From positions 26,226,001 through 26,290,000 of the forward strand of contig OZ024755.1 in the NCBI GenBank assembly GCA_964016885.1: DNA of 64,000 bases. Direction: 5' to 3'. A program made the position numbers and the translations under genes. Positions within the stretch are counted from its first letter, which is position 1. Every line of letters begins with the position of its first letter. Below, piece after piece: positions 13,931 to 27,665 of the stretch. The notes under the pieces are model-generated. The model did no database searches and had not been told where the DNA came from. It was given only the letters and a program-made list of their open reading frames with translations. Origin of the DNA: Eledone cirrhosa. Taxonomy: Eukaryota.

Positions 13931-16900
13931 ATGTACATAAATATTTTAGTGTTTTACGTCAATTGAATAATTGTTTCTACTTTTGGCACAAGGCCAGCAA
14001 TTACCCCAGTGCATTACTGGTACTTTATTTTATCAACCCCATAAGGATATAAGGATGAAAGTGGGATTTGAACTCAGACAGTAAAAGGCCATAACTCAAT
14101 GCTGCAAAGCACGGTGTCTGACGCTCTACCGATACTGCCAATTTGAATAATGTGTTGAAAATGTTTATCAGCAAACAATAACAGACAGCAGCAGATAGGA
14201 AACTGTATTTGTTTTTAAACTGGTAGAATTTATTCTGTTGAGGCAATGACAAGTTAGAAGTTAACTATAGTAAGAGTGTGTGTGAAGGAAAATAGTTTAT
14301 TCAATGTTAAGTGAGTTAGAGAAGTCATGTGTTCTGTTGACATAGCCAATAAGTGACTCACAAACTACTAGTCTATGATTGGTTAAGACAACACACATGA
14401 CAGTGCAGGATCTAAAATGCCATCTGCATATGGTTGCCCCAGATATTTTTAAAATGTCAAGTATTTGAATATCAGTTGTAAAAAAAAAAAAAAAAAAATC
14501 AAAACAAAAATTTGATTCATGCATTGTTGCATGTTATGTTCATTATAAAATCCTGCCTTCAAATGATTGTGCCTGTTATTTACTATGACTAATGTCTTAG
14601 ATCTTTGCTTGCCATGTGTATATCTGGCAACTGTTAAGCAAAGATGAATGCATCAGTAAGTGAGATGATCAAAGGGTTACTCATTAACACTGCCAAATTC
14701 AATTGCCCAACAGTAATGGTGCAGTTTTTCATCTATGTCCAGTTTGTCCTTGGATCTGTTTATCAAGTACTGGACTTTTATCATATCTTCATTTTCATTA
14801 AGGATCTTGTTGATATATTTGATGGAGAAGGGTAACGTCATTGTTACTTTGTTGGACAGCCAGCCAGCTCCAACTAAACAATAATAATGTCTATTTCTTA
14901 TATTAGTGGAAAGAAAACAATTGTCTACTTCTCAACATAACTGATACTCATTTTATAGCCCTGAGGAATCAATGATAATGTTGACAGCCAAAGGGACTTG
15001 AATTCTGAACACAAATAATAATTGTTTCTACTTTTGGCACAAGACCAGCAATTATCCCAGTGTATTACTGGTGCTTTATTTTATCGACCCAGTAAGGATG
15101 AAAGACAAAGTTAACCTCGGTGGGATTTGAACTCAGACCATAAAGGGCTGTAACACTTTGCTGCAAAGCATCACGTCAGACCCTCTACCGATACTGCCAG
15201 TCCAAGCTCCAGGTCAGTCCTGTGATCAGAGGTGTTCAAGCAAAGACCATCTCACTTTTTTCCTCTCAAGCAGTATGCACCGAGGATCACATTATCCTAC
15301 GCGTCCTTTTTATTACCATATTTCTAGTGAATTACTTTGTATTTTATTTAAAATTATATAGGAAGGTTTCAATTTAAATAGAAACCCTTTCAAATAGGGC
15401 GTTTTGTTTCATAGAAATGGGCAGTTTTAGGCAAGTTTATATCAGAAGAGTTTAAGATGGTACAAACTGATTTAAGGAAAATTTTGTCTGCCATTTCTAT
15501 CAGAATGAGCAACTGGATAGAGATTCCTTTGTTGACTTGTAACAATAATTAATAATGATTTTTTTGTGTTTATATGAGATAGATGGATGTGTAAATAGTG
15601 CTGAAAATATAACAAAGAAAAATTTGATAAAAAGGTTGATATGCTGCATCAATAGAAAACCCTAATCATGATGTACAATAAACAAAATAAAGGCTCATGT
15701 TGCATGGCTGGTTTATCTGGCCTGTTTCATTGGAATTTGTTAAAGTTTTGTTTGTTTTTCTTCTTCAATGATAAGAGCGAAGTAAATCCCTAATCTGTGA
15801 CGAGATGTATTGTGACTGGTTCTGTCTCCAACCTTGTCACTTTGATTGCAAACCCCAGGCACTGCCACTCGAAACACAAACGAGAGGAAGATAAGTAAAT
15901 TCTGGGGGTTTCACTAACCACTTTCTTTTCTGGTCACTTTCGAGGGCTCGAGTGTCCTCGGTCCCTGCACTACTGATTTCTTTCGTAAAATTAGAAAGAC
16001 AGCAGCTGCTGAAGGAAGGAGCCCCATGAGGTGGACTAGCTGTTGCAGCAGATGTTGCTGGCCATTCTCTGTGGCAATATCTTTGCCATTTTATCTGCAG
16101 AGTGCATAAAGATTAAGAATACAGAATGGGGAAAGGTCTATTTTTCTGTTGGTATGTAGGAAATAAAAGGGAAAAATTATATATAACTACTTATTGTTTG
16201 AACCCTACAAAACAGCCTTTCAATTTTCAACATACCTTTTAAGTAAATGCGTAATAACCTTGGTCCTAAATAAAAAATATGAGGCATACTTCAACAGAAA
16301 TATAAATACGTGAAATACAATATTATTTTGTCTCCACCCAAAAATAAGATCTTTACATTTATCAGTTACTGAATCAGCAACTATTCCATATATCCCCTCC
16401 CCTCCTTTCATTGCACCCCACCCAGAACCCAGTTAGTAGATAAGATACAAATATCCAGCAACACTCTTCCTCTGGAGGAATTCAAAGGAAAGAAATTTTT
16501 GCTTTACATCAAACAATCTGAGAAGTATGTGTAATTTTTCAGTTGCTTGTAAAATTATTTACCTGAAGGAAAACCTGACAATAGGGGTGATGTGCAAAGG
16601 AAAAAATTTAAGGGACCCAAAATCTTAAAGGCATCCTAACTCTTTCAATATCAACTACCTTGGTTCTTTGGTACACAGTGTTTATATTTATCTAAAAACT
16701 TCCATTATAATTTTATTTAAGAGCCTTTTGTTAAGTTATATTCCAAACACTAGCTTGATTATGAAAATATTAGGTATACAAGCGGAAAAACCACCCTTCG
16801 GGTGGTTTTCTGCTAGCATGTGTAGTGTGCATAATGATATTATACGCAAGTATATATGCATGTAGATATGATACATCAAATAAAATCGTAATTGACAATA

Positions 16901-19900
16901 TACACAGAAATTGAAAGAAGACTGCGTTACACTGTCTTATGTAATCAGTAACGTAATCCATGATACATTAAAAAAGACGATATTATATATAAACTGCATT
17001 AGGTGAAAATTAGTGACAGAAATATTTGAATGTTTATTTAAGCGATTGCTAACCGTGAAAATTTTAAAGAAGTGAATCTTAAAATAAGAATAAAATATAT
17101 TTAATGAACAGCCACGAAATTTAGTAGATAAATTATGTAATATTCATTCATTATTTATTCAAAGTAATCCAACTTATTTTACAAACGGGATAAAAAAATA
17201 TATTTTGGATGCAGTCCCGGACTCCTTAATTTATTATAGTTTAGATTACTAAATCCCTCTAAATTCTTTAACCCTTTAGCATTTAAACCAGCCATATCCG
17301 GCCAGAATTTTCTCACCACTTTTTGCTCAAACCGGCCATAACTGGCCACTCATACTGATGTTAAGGCATTGTTCTCAAAATAAATAATATTAAAATCTCA
17401 TAGATTCGATATTATGTGAGATAAAGCCTTTACAGCAAAAATACAACAGTATATATAGAGTATTGTAAATGCCAAAAGTTAATTTTAAAGTTGGAAATTA
17501 TAGAAAGTGTTTTTCATTAGAAAAATAGTTAATAAGAGAATTAAAAAAAATAGAGAAACATTATGGTTTAATATCAAATTATGATTACGGAAACTCTTCA
17601 ATACTCCTAAACTAACAAATATCTAAAATGTTGGCTTTATGTTAATTCGAGTTAGCTAAAACTAAATACAACACCTTTCCATACAATGTCACCCAGCATT
17701 AGTTTATTTGGAGGCTCAACATTCTCAGATCTAATCTACTTCTTTTGCAGTGGTTAAGTCCATTATATGTAGTGACACTTTCTCCAGTGGTAATCTGGTG
17801 CATTCAACAAGAGACCCAAGTTTCATTGAGGATTGCAAGCTGTTGGAACACTGGAGAAGGAGAATAGGGGTTATGTGGTGCATACTAGACGAATGCTTCA
17901 ACCCTTGCGCATGGGAAGGCGAGTTGTCTGTATTACTGCATAATGCCAAAGATCTCGATCCTGTGTCATTGCCTTTGAGAGGTGCAATTGTGCAAGGTCA
18001 GCTATTATCACCTCATCTTTGGTCTCCCTACTCCATAGCTTCCATCAACTTTGATCAGCCTGCACCTTTTTATACAGTTGTCATCCTTTATACACATCAC
18101 AAGATGATGATGATTATATATATATATATATATCATCATCATCATTTAACGTCTGCTTTCCCTGCTAGCAAGGGTTGGATGTGTCTACATAGATCAAGTC
18201 AGTACTGAAGCGGGGCCATTGATCCCAGACAGGCCAAGGTCTGTATCCTGCTTACATAGTCATTATTGGGAGCTGAAGTGAAGTTGTTGTTTCTTTTGAC
18301 ATAAACTGAATGATCCTCCTAACTCCTTGTTTGGCAAGCTTTCTACAGCTGTATGCCCTTCCTAACACCAACCACTTTACAGTGTGTACTGGGTGCTTTT
18401 ATTGTGTAGATCACCAGCACTAGGGAGGCTCCTTGACATAACTATATATACAAGAGATTTCAATACTCATGAAACATTTGCATCAAATAATAATGGTTTG
18501 GCTGACAAAAATAAATACTATTCTTTGATAAATCTAAAATTGTAATTGTAAAAGCACAAATAACCAAAATGAAGAAAAGCCATGCAGTTGACTATATACA
18601 AGATGTGGTGCACCCTGCTTGAATCCAATTTGCCTTTCTAAATATTCTATATTTAGTTTTAAGTAGTTAGATGTCATAGTTCTATTTTTACCCAACAATG
18701 GAAGCTCAGCTTAAAAGCTTACTAACAGATCTTCACTTTTATTCTTATTTTACAAAAGCACCATATTAACATTGACTAAATAAAAGAAAAACAGTGTTGT
18801 ATTCAGTACTTACTAACAATTTATCAAAATTGTTATAAAAACAATATGCAGTAAAATCTTTTTTAAATAATCAGCAATAAGTGTTAAAAAATCTTAAACT
18901 ATTGTAAATCTCTATCTAGTGGGAATACATTCTAGAAACATATTTTCAGTTTCCAGTGCAGTACACTAAATACATATCCTTAGTCACAGACTAGACAGCA
19001 AGCATTTGTTGCATGCATTTGCTAACATTTGAAATAAGATACAATGCCATAGAAAAAATAGGGAGTCGTAAAAACTCCTTAGTTAAAAGGGGAAGGAGAA
19101 TGCTTTTAAATGGTTTATAAAATATGTTACTGCAGGGGCTACCTACACAATTAGACAATTGCCAACATAATGCATATTTCAGTTATACATTACAGGTAGA
19201 TTTCTAAAATGCATGTTTATCCATAACCCCCAGCTTCAGGTAACCTGATGCATAGATATAAATCATATATACATGCTGAAAGTCATGTTAACAAGAGTTT
19301 CTCTTTACTTTAATTTGTTTCCTAAGGATTAAAAAGAGATACAACTTTTGGGTAATAGAAACTTCTTGAATAAAAATTATTCTGTGAAAGAAAACAAACA
19401 TTTCAATATAGTTTATTAATAAAAGACGTTCTCTAATTTATTTGTTTTACATTAAATAGAGCGCCATACTCCCATAAAATAAATAGTCATGCATCACAAC
19501 TAAACTATTTCATGGTGTTGATATCTTAAAACAGTCAACAATAAATCTAGTTATGACAAGTAAATTAAAAATATAATTAATCTCATGAAACTAAAGAAAA
19601 TTTAGCACTAAATTTAAGCTAAAAAAATTAAGTTAAAACTAACCCCACTGAGATTTTTGTAACATTTATTTATTCTTCTTGGCATATCTACCCAAATATC
19701 TAACTATAGATAGTCTTTGAATCTAAGGAATTTTTGTCATTGTTATCAGATAATTTTTATCTTTGCCAGATGAATACAAATTTGTAGGGAATAGTGTATA
19801 TAGTTAATTGAATTAACTCAATACTTGACCAGTCCTTATCTCATCAGACCTAGAGGATATGAAAGGCAAAGTTAACCCCACCAGTTTTTGAAGCCAGAAT

Positions 19901-21854
19901 AATAATGGATATGTAAACACTTGAGCAAAAATTACGTAAAACTGTGCAAGAAAAATGAGAAAACTTAACAATGAAGCATTTGTTTCAAGTTCAGATCAAT
20001 GTTTCTATCAAAGAGGATTAACTATTAGTATAAAAAGTCAATATAAAGTTTATAATAGTCACTATCCTTCAGATTGATTTAGTCCTTGTGTAAATAAATA
20101 TCCACAGCAACAAAACAAACCTAACACCTCAATGAGGTTATTTTTGTTATTTCCAAATGAAATTAAAAAGATAATTAACATGGAAAGAATCATAATCTTT
20201 AGAAATTTTAGCAAATATGGAAATATATTAACCAAAATAATTTATACAGACTGAAAACTACAAACACTATCATGAGTGTGTGTCCATACACATACACAAG
20301 GTGAACAAAAAAGAACCAAACTCCCACTGTCACTGCCCCCCTCTCCCCATCTCTCACTATTATGAGCAAATGTGGGCTCACGAGCTGACCACCCCACAGC
20401 CCTAATAGAGAAGGTGTTTCCCTGGAGGATGATGAGGGAGACACGTTGGAAGAGCCATTTCAGTTCACAGCCAACTCTGTGCCAATGGTGGTGAGCAGGG
20501 AGGTGGCACGAGGGCCAAGGACATCAGAAGTCTCCACTGCCAACCACAAACCTGATTTAGGCATTGGGCCAACAATTTTGGAGAGAGGGGAAAGTTGATT
20601 AAATCAACCCCAGTGTGTTACTGGTACTTTATTTTATCGATCCTGTAAGGATGAAAAGCAAAGCTAACCTCGGCAGGATTCAAACTCAGAACTTAAAGAG
20701 CCATAATGAAATATTGCAAAGCAATTTGTACGATGCTCTACCGATTCTGCCAATCCACCACCCTAAGAATTATAATATAATAAAAAGACCAATTATTCCA
20801 ATAAATGATGAGAAACAAATGTTAGACTCAAAGCAAAAGGGAAAAGAATTCATTTACAACTATAAACTACTACTTTTAATATCAATATTGTAATTGTGTT
20901 ACCACCCACAAACACAATTTGTGCAATGGCTGTTGTCATTCAAGTCTAAACAGGAGGATCCTTAAAAGAAAGTGAGATATTTGGTAAAATGTTAGAAAGA
21001 TAAGGAAATATGGGGTTTTTTTCCATAAATAATGAGCCATAACTAAGTTATCACTTCTCCAATCTACCTTAATGGGTAAAACTAAAAACAATATGTAGGT
21101 CACATCTGGGGGGACTTGCACGTTTCCTTTCCCTCTTTGGTATATGCATATAATACTCTGGACCCTTATTATTTTAACCCTTTAACATTTACATTACTCT
21201 ATATTTACTATTGTATTTTCATGGTAAACACTTTATCTCACATAATTATCCCATATAGTATTGAATCTATGAGATTTTGATATTATTTATTTTGAGAACA
21301 ATATCTTAACCCCTTAGCATTTAAACTGGCCATATCGGTCCAGAATTCTTTCACCTCTTTCTGTTCAAACTGGCTGTAACCAGCCACTCATACTGATGTT
21401 ATGGTATTGTTCTCAAAATAAATAATACCAAAATCTCATTAGATTTGATATTATGTGAGATAAAGCCTTTACATAATAGTAAATATAGAGTAATGTAAAT
21501 GCTAAAGGGTTAATATATTGCTGAAGGTTCTACACCCTAAAGTATAAACACAGCTTAACAATAATACAAAGTATTAGGAAACAAGTCATAGAGAACTATA
21601 ATATTTTGATTTATTTCAAAGATATACTTATAGAATTGTTCAGTACTTGACATATAGGATTAAACATATGAGTAACTTTCAAGAAAAAAGGTATTTACAG
21701 GGACAGATGTAGAGTCAGAACCAAGGAACTTGTGATTGAAAAGAGAACTTAACTTCTGTTTTTTTTTTAAATAAAACCTCAAGAGAGAAGAAATATTACT
21801 AGCTACAGCTAGCAATCAATGATTTGAAGCTCAGTTTCTGTCTTTGTTTGAACA

Positions 21855-22920
21855 CCCTTATGACCACCCTACGAATCCTACTGCTACCCTTATGACCACC
21901 CTACGAATCCTACTGCTACCCTTATGACCACCCTACGAATCCTACTGCTACCCTTATGACCTCTCTACCAATCCTACTGCTACCCTTATGACCTCTCGAC
22001 CAATCCTACTGCTACTCCAATACACCCTTATGACCACCCTACCAATCCTACTGCTACTTCAATACACCCTTATGACCACCCCACTAATCCTACTGCTACC
22101 CTTATGACCACCCTACCAATCCTACTGCTACCCTTATGACCACCCTACCAATCCTACTGCTACCCTTATGACCACTCTACCAATCCTACTGCTACCCTTA
22201 TGACCACCCTACCAATCCTACTGCTACCCTTATGACCACCCTACCAATCCTACTGCTACTTCAATACACCCTTATGACCACCCTACCAATCCTACTGCTA
22301 CTTCAATACACCCTTATGACCACCCTACCAATCCTACTGCTACCCTTATGACCACCCTACCAATCCTACTGCTACCCTTATGACCACCCTACCAATCCTA
22401 CTGCTACCCTTATGACCACCCTACCAATCCTACTGCTACCCTTATGACCACCCTACCAATCCTACTGCTACCCTTATGACCACCCTACCAATCCTACTGC
22501 TACCCTTATGACCACCCTACCAATCCTACTGCTACCCTTATGACCACCCTACCAATCCTACTGCTACCCTTATGACCACCCTACCAATCCTACTGCTACC
22601 CTTATGACCACCCTACCAATCCTACTGCTACCCTTATGACCACCCTACCAATCCTACTGCTACCCTTATGACCACCCTACCAATCCTACTGCTACCCTTA
22701 TGACCACCCCACTAATCCTACTGCTACCCTTATGACCACCCTACCAATCCTACTGCTACCCTTATGACCACCCTACCAATCCTACTGCTACCCTTATGAC
22801 CACTCTACCAATCCTACTGCTTCCCCTATGACCACTCTACCAATCCTACTGCTACTCCAATACACCCCTATGACCACTCTACCAATACTATTGCTACCCT
22901 AATAAACCTACTGCTACCCC
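21855..22920. repeat. 32-bp minisatellite, about 32 copies, with occasional 41-bp variants
   Basis: Unit CCTTATGACCACCCTACCAATCCTACTGCTAC; homogeneous centre, degenerate edges. Confidence 0.95.
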
Positions 22921-24349
22921 AATAAATAATCCTCATTAGTGCTTGAATAAACACCAGTTTCAATTACTTATATTTCGTTCATTGCCATATTTCTAATGCA
23001 ATACTTTGAATTTTAATTAATTAATGAAGAATTTACTAAAATTAGAATTTCATTAACCCTTTTACAACCATATTTCTAATGAAATATACTCTAATTCAAT
23101 TAATTAATGAAGAATTTTGAAGAATTTACTAAAAATTTTGAATTATTTTCTTACTAAAATAGTAAAGGTTCTTATATAAAATTATGTTAAAAGATTTTAA
23201 TTTAAACTGGAAACCTTTAAAATGGATGGTTTTATTTCATAGAACCAGAGCTGGTTGGTAACAAAAGGTTTAAGATGGTATTTGTAACAACAAAATGTTC
23301 TTATATAAAATTATGTTGGAAGGTTTTAATTTAAGAACACTTTAAAATAGGTGGTTATCTTTACTAGAAACAGAAGAGGTTTGGTTATCAAAGGGGATAT
23401 ACAGACATACTAATATATACACACAGGACTGACCAATTTGTATCAGAGTACAAATTACAACTAAATGTCAAATGTTGCCAGGCAACCTATTTCAATTGAC
23501 AATTAGAATCTGAAGTTCAACAAGGAGACTCAATTAAAATGATTGATGTTATAGGCTGGATCAAAATCATAAGACTCCTTGTTTTTTATTTACATAGTTC
23601 ATGAAAAACTGAAAAAGAAAGCTATTCATCCTTACTTAAACCAATCCACTTTCCACACCCACCTCCTTGGTTTTATAATACATAGCTGTTTGATCTAAAG
23701 TGTTTATATTTATCTAAAAAACCTTCCATCATAATTTCATGCAAGAACACGTTAGATTATGTCCCCAAAACCAGCTTAATAATGAAAAAGTTATATTACT
23801 AAATCACTAAAAATGATTTGAAAATTACAGGCAACATTTTCCATTAGAAATATGCTATCATATGAGTTAATTTTAACTTTAGACAGTTCTTATACAGGTA
23901 GCGCTGCTACTTCTCCAAATTGAGACATCACAGCTCCAAGACTATGGGCATGTGGTTAGAATCGCTGGACAGATTTTACTGGCAAAATGAACTGGCAAGA
24001 GACCTAGGGGTAGACCCCGAGCAAGAGGGTTGGATAACATCCATGAGCTTGGCTTGTCTCGTTTGGGGGTCCAGCTAGATCAGTTGGTGATGGGTGCTTC
24101 TGACAAGAACTGCTGGAAAGAGTGTTTGAGGACTGTCCCCACGACCCTCCCAGGAATAAGTGGGCGAAGAAGAGAAGACAGTTCTTTATAATGTACATTG
24201 ACTGATGTTAAAGATCCCTCTATAAACTATCAAAGCATTGCACCTGGTATTTATTTTATTAACATCCAGAAAAAATCTATCTCAGAACTAGGATATAATC
24301 TGATTGATGTTTTAAGGAGGAAATGAGTAATATTCAGGTTCTTCTTTGC

Positions 24350-24775
24350 CCACATTGTAAAGTGGTCGTGTAGGTGTCACAATAAAAAGCACCCAGTACT
24401 CACTGTAAATGTGGTTGTGTTGGTAACACAACAAAAACCTCCCAGTTCACACTATAAACTGGTCATGTAGGTGTCATGACAAAAAGCACCCAACCCACAC
24501 TGTAAAGTGGTCATGTAGGAGTCATGACAAAAGGCACCCAGTACACACTAAAGTGGTCATGTAGGAGTCATGACAAAAGGCACCCAGTACACACTAAAGT
24601 GGTCATGTAGGAGTCATGACAAAAGGCATCCAGTACACACTAAAGTGGTCATGTAGGAGTCATGACAAAAGGCACCCAGTACACACTAAAGTGGTCATGT
24701 AGGAGTCATGACAAAAGGCACCCAGTACACACTGTAAAGTGCTTATGTAAGAGTCGCAACAAAAACACCTAGTTC
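24350..24775. repeat. 46-bp minisatellite, about 9 copies, derived from the RTE/SINE tail motif
   Basis: Unit AAAGTGGTCATGTAGGAGTCATGACAAAAGGCACCCAGTACACACT, similar to the tail motif AAAAGCACCCAG.AC.CACTGTAAA. Confidence 0.85.
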
Positions 24776-27502
24776 AGATTAATTGAGTTTCAAAAACAGA
24801 TAAGACTTTTAAGAATTTTTTAACTATAATAGTACCTTCACTAATATGATATCCTCAGAGCAAAACCTCAAAGCTATTAGTTTACGGTGAAACTCTAGAG
24901 ATAGATACTAAAATTAGATCAAAGGATTCAAAATTGAAATGCTGGTTTTCACATTTGGGTAATTTTCATAATATTTTCTTAACCGTGTATCTAAAAAGGA
25001 GTATAGACTAAATGCTATGTGTCAAAGACATCTGTTATGAGAGTAAAACAAAATTAGCTAAGGTGGAAAAATCATTATACCAATAAGAAGCAATCTGATT
25101 CACAGGAAAATTTCTGAAGGCAAGTCCCCCTTATTCTACTTGGATAAGTATTCACCATTTCCCAATAACAGCAACACTTGAGAAGATAATATCTAATAAC
25201 CATAAGATACTTCACAAACACTTAAACAAATCTGTCAAGCATACCAAATCTGTGAATGGTTAAAAAAAAAAATGGTAACATGATAGGACTGGGATCCTTT
25301 TGATACCAACTTGCCCCAAATTGCCTCTGGTTCCATGAAACAAACTCATTTTAAAAGGTTCCTATCTAACCCATTAGCATTTAAACTGGCCGTATCCGGC
25401 CAGAATTCTCTCATCTCTTTCTGTCCAAACCAGCTGTAACTGGGCATCATACTGATGTTAAGGTACTGTTCTCAAAATAAATAATAACAAAATCCCATAG
25501 AGACAATATTATGTGAGATATTATTTGAGTTAAAGCCTTTACCGGGAAAATATAATATAGCATATATAGAGAGTAATGTAAATGCTAAAAGGGTTAAATA
25601 AAAAGTCTTCCAGCATAATTTGATATAAGAACCTTGTGTTAATGTTACAAATGCCATTCCAATGAAATAATAATTTTAGTAGATCCTTCAAAATTCTTCA
25701 TTAACCCATTAGCATTTAAAACAACCATATCTGGCCAGAATTCTCTTAACTCTTTCTGTTCAAACTGGTCAAAACCAGCCACTCATACCAACGTTAAGGT
25801 ATTGTTGTCAAAATAAATACCATCATCAAAATCTCAGAGATTCGATATTATGCGAGATAAAACCTTTACCATGAAATATACAATAGTAAATATAGAGTAA
25901 TGTAAATGATAAAGGGTTAGTTTATTCAAATGCAGTCATTAGAAATATGGTAAAGAAAGATTTAAAAGTTAAATAACCTATGGAGGCAGTGAGAGTGAAG
26001 TTTGGTCCTTTTAAGTTCGGACCTGGTGTATGTGTATATGAGAGAATGAGCCATAAAATCATGATGGCAAAATTTGGTTTCTTTTAAAATATCTTTTTGA
26101 ACTACAAGAACAACAATGTCAGCAGACATAAATCAGTTCAGCAAAAATTGCTTAGCTGTAATTTATTCCTTAAGGACTTTAGCATTTCAACTCATCACTT
26201 TTCAGACACAATCTCATAGGAAGCTGAATAAATGTTTGCAAGTGAAAGTTATAACAAATATTGATAAATTATGAAGTTAAAATAGTTGATCATAGTAAAT
26301 AAATACTGGAAAATCCAAAATAAATAAAGCAGCTAAATCCAAGGCTGCTTAACTTGAAAAAGATTACAAACTACATTTAACAGTCTCAATCATTTATGAA
26401 ATAATGATTGTGACATTTTTCCAAAAACTATGTTATTCTAAACTAAGATCTCAAATTAGTGTTGGTTGTACAACTAGCATATATAATTAATTACTCGAGT
26501 TTCTGAGGATATAATTTAGATCAACAAACAGATGAACATAATTATATAAATAATATTAAGTAGAATTTATCAGATAATGATTTCAATGAGTTCTCAAGTA
26601 TAAACACATGAACTAACTTATTCTAATTAGACTCATAACTAAATTCAGTACCTCTTCAATTGAAAACAAACACATAAATTATTCTGCAACCTTGAAAATT
26701 ATGTACAGCACTTTATGAAAAAAGTAGAATTTAGCTAATGATCAAGAAAGATATTTAAAATATATCATTAACCCACATTTCTAATGAAATACACTGTTTC
26801 AATTAGTTAATGAAGAATTTTGAGGGATTTATTATAATGATTAATCATTTCTTTACTAAGATAGTAACTTAATGTAAGGTCCTTATATAAAATTATGTTG
26901 GAAGATTTTAACATAAATTGGAAACCTTTAACCCTTTAGCATTTAAACCAGCCGTATCCGGCCAGAATTTTCTCACCTCTTTCTGTTCAAAGCAGCTGTA
27001 ACCATTTGCTCATACTTATGTTAAGGTATTGTTCTCAAAATAAATAATATCAAAATCTCATAGATTCAATATTATGTGAGGTAAAGCCTTTAGTGTGAAA
27101 ATACAATAGTAATGTAAATGCTAAAGAGTTAAAATTGGTGGTTTTATTTCATAGAATCAGAGCCGGTTTTGGCCAATTGGTAATTAAAGGATTAATGTTA
27201 AAGTTCTTTTAAAACCATTAACTACAAATAAGAAAAGATTTTTAAAAAATAATAATGGTATTCCACTAAAATAGTTTTGAAAAGTAAACTTGAAAGATAT
27301 GATAATGCCATTAGAGAAACACACATTTCATCATTTATGCTTGATTCATGAAATTAAATATAACTAAGTATATTGTTAAGTGAGACAGCTGGTTCCTTTT
27401 ATTTGTAATCTTGATATCATAACAGGAAAAAAAAAACTTTATCTTTCCGGCATTATATTAAACAGAAATTGTTAGTCTATATTGCCAGAAATATGGTATA
27501 AG

Positions 27503-27665
27503 CCAGGCATGGCAACTTTTTTGAAGTGGTGGGCTGCATAGAAGATGGCTCATCATAAGATGGGCCGCATAGGATGTGATTCATCATAAGATGGGCTGCA
27601 TAACTAAAAAATTCAAGGTAATTTTGAAATTCAGAAAGCAAAACGGGCCAGTTTGCTCATGACTG
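27503..27665. mobile_element. hAT-like MITE (related pieces near 4421, 28165, 30450)
   Basis: Imperfect TIRs CAGGCATGG(G)CAAC / TTTGCTCATGACTG; recurring family. Confidence 0.55.

Noticed and set aside
16781-16817. Strong hairpin GCGGAAAAACCACCC-TTC-GGGTGGTTTTCTGC as a terminator or ncRNA
   Set aside because: It is followed by CTAG and looks more like a Helitron-type end; nothing else supports an RNA gene.
20340-20552. GC-rich, coding-looking patch (SLEDDEGDTLEEPF...)
   Set aside because: No splice or start context and no recognisable homology; probably a TE relic.
21855-22920. 32-bp periodic array as a CRISPR array
   Set aside because: Units are contiguous with no unique spacers, there are no cas genes, and the context is eukaryotic.
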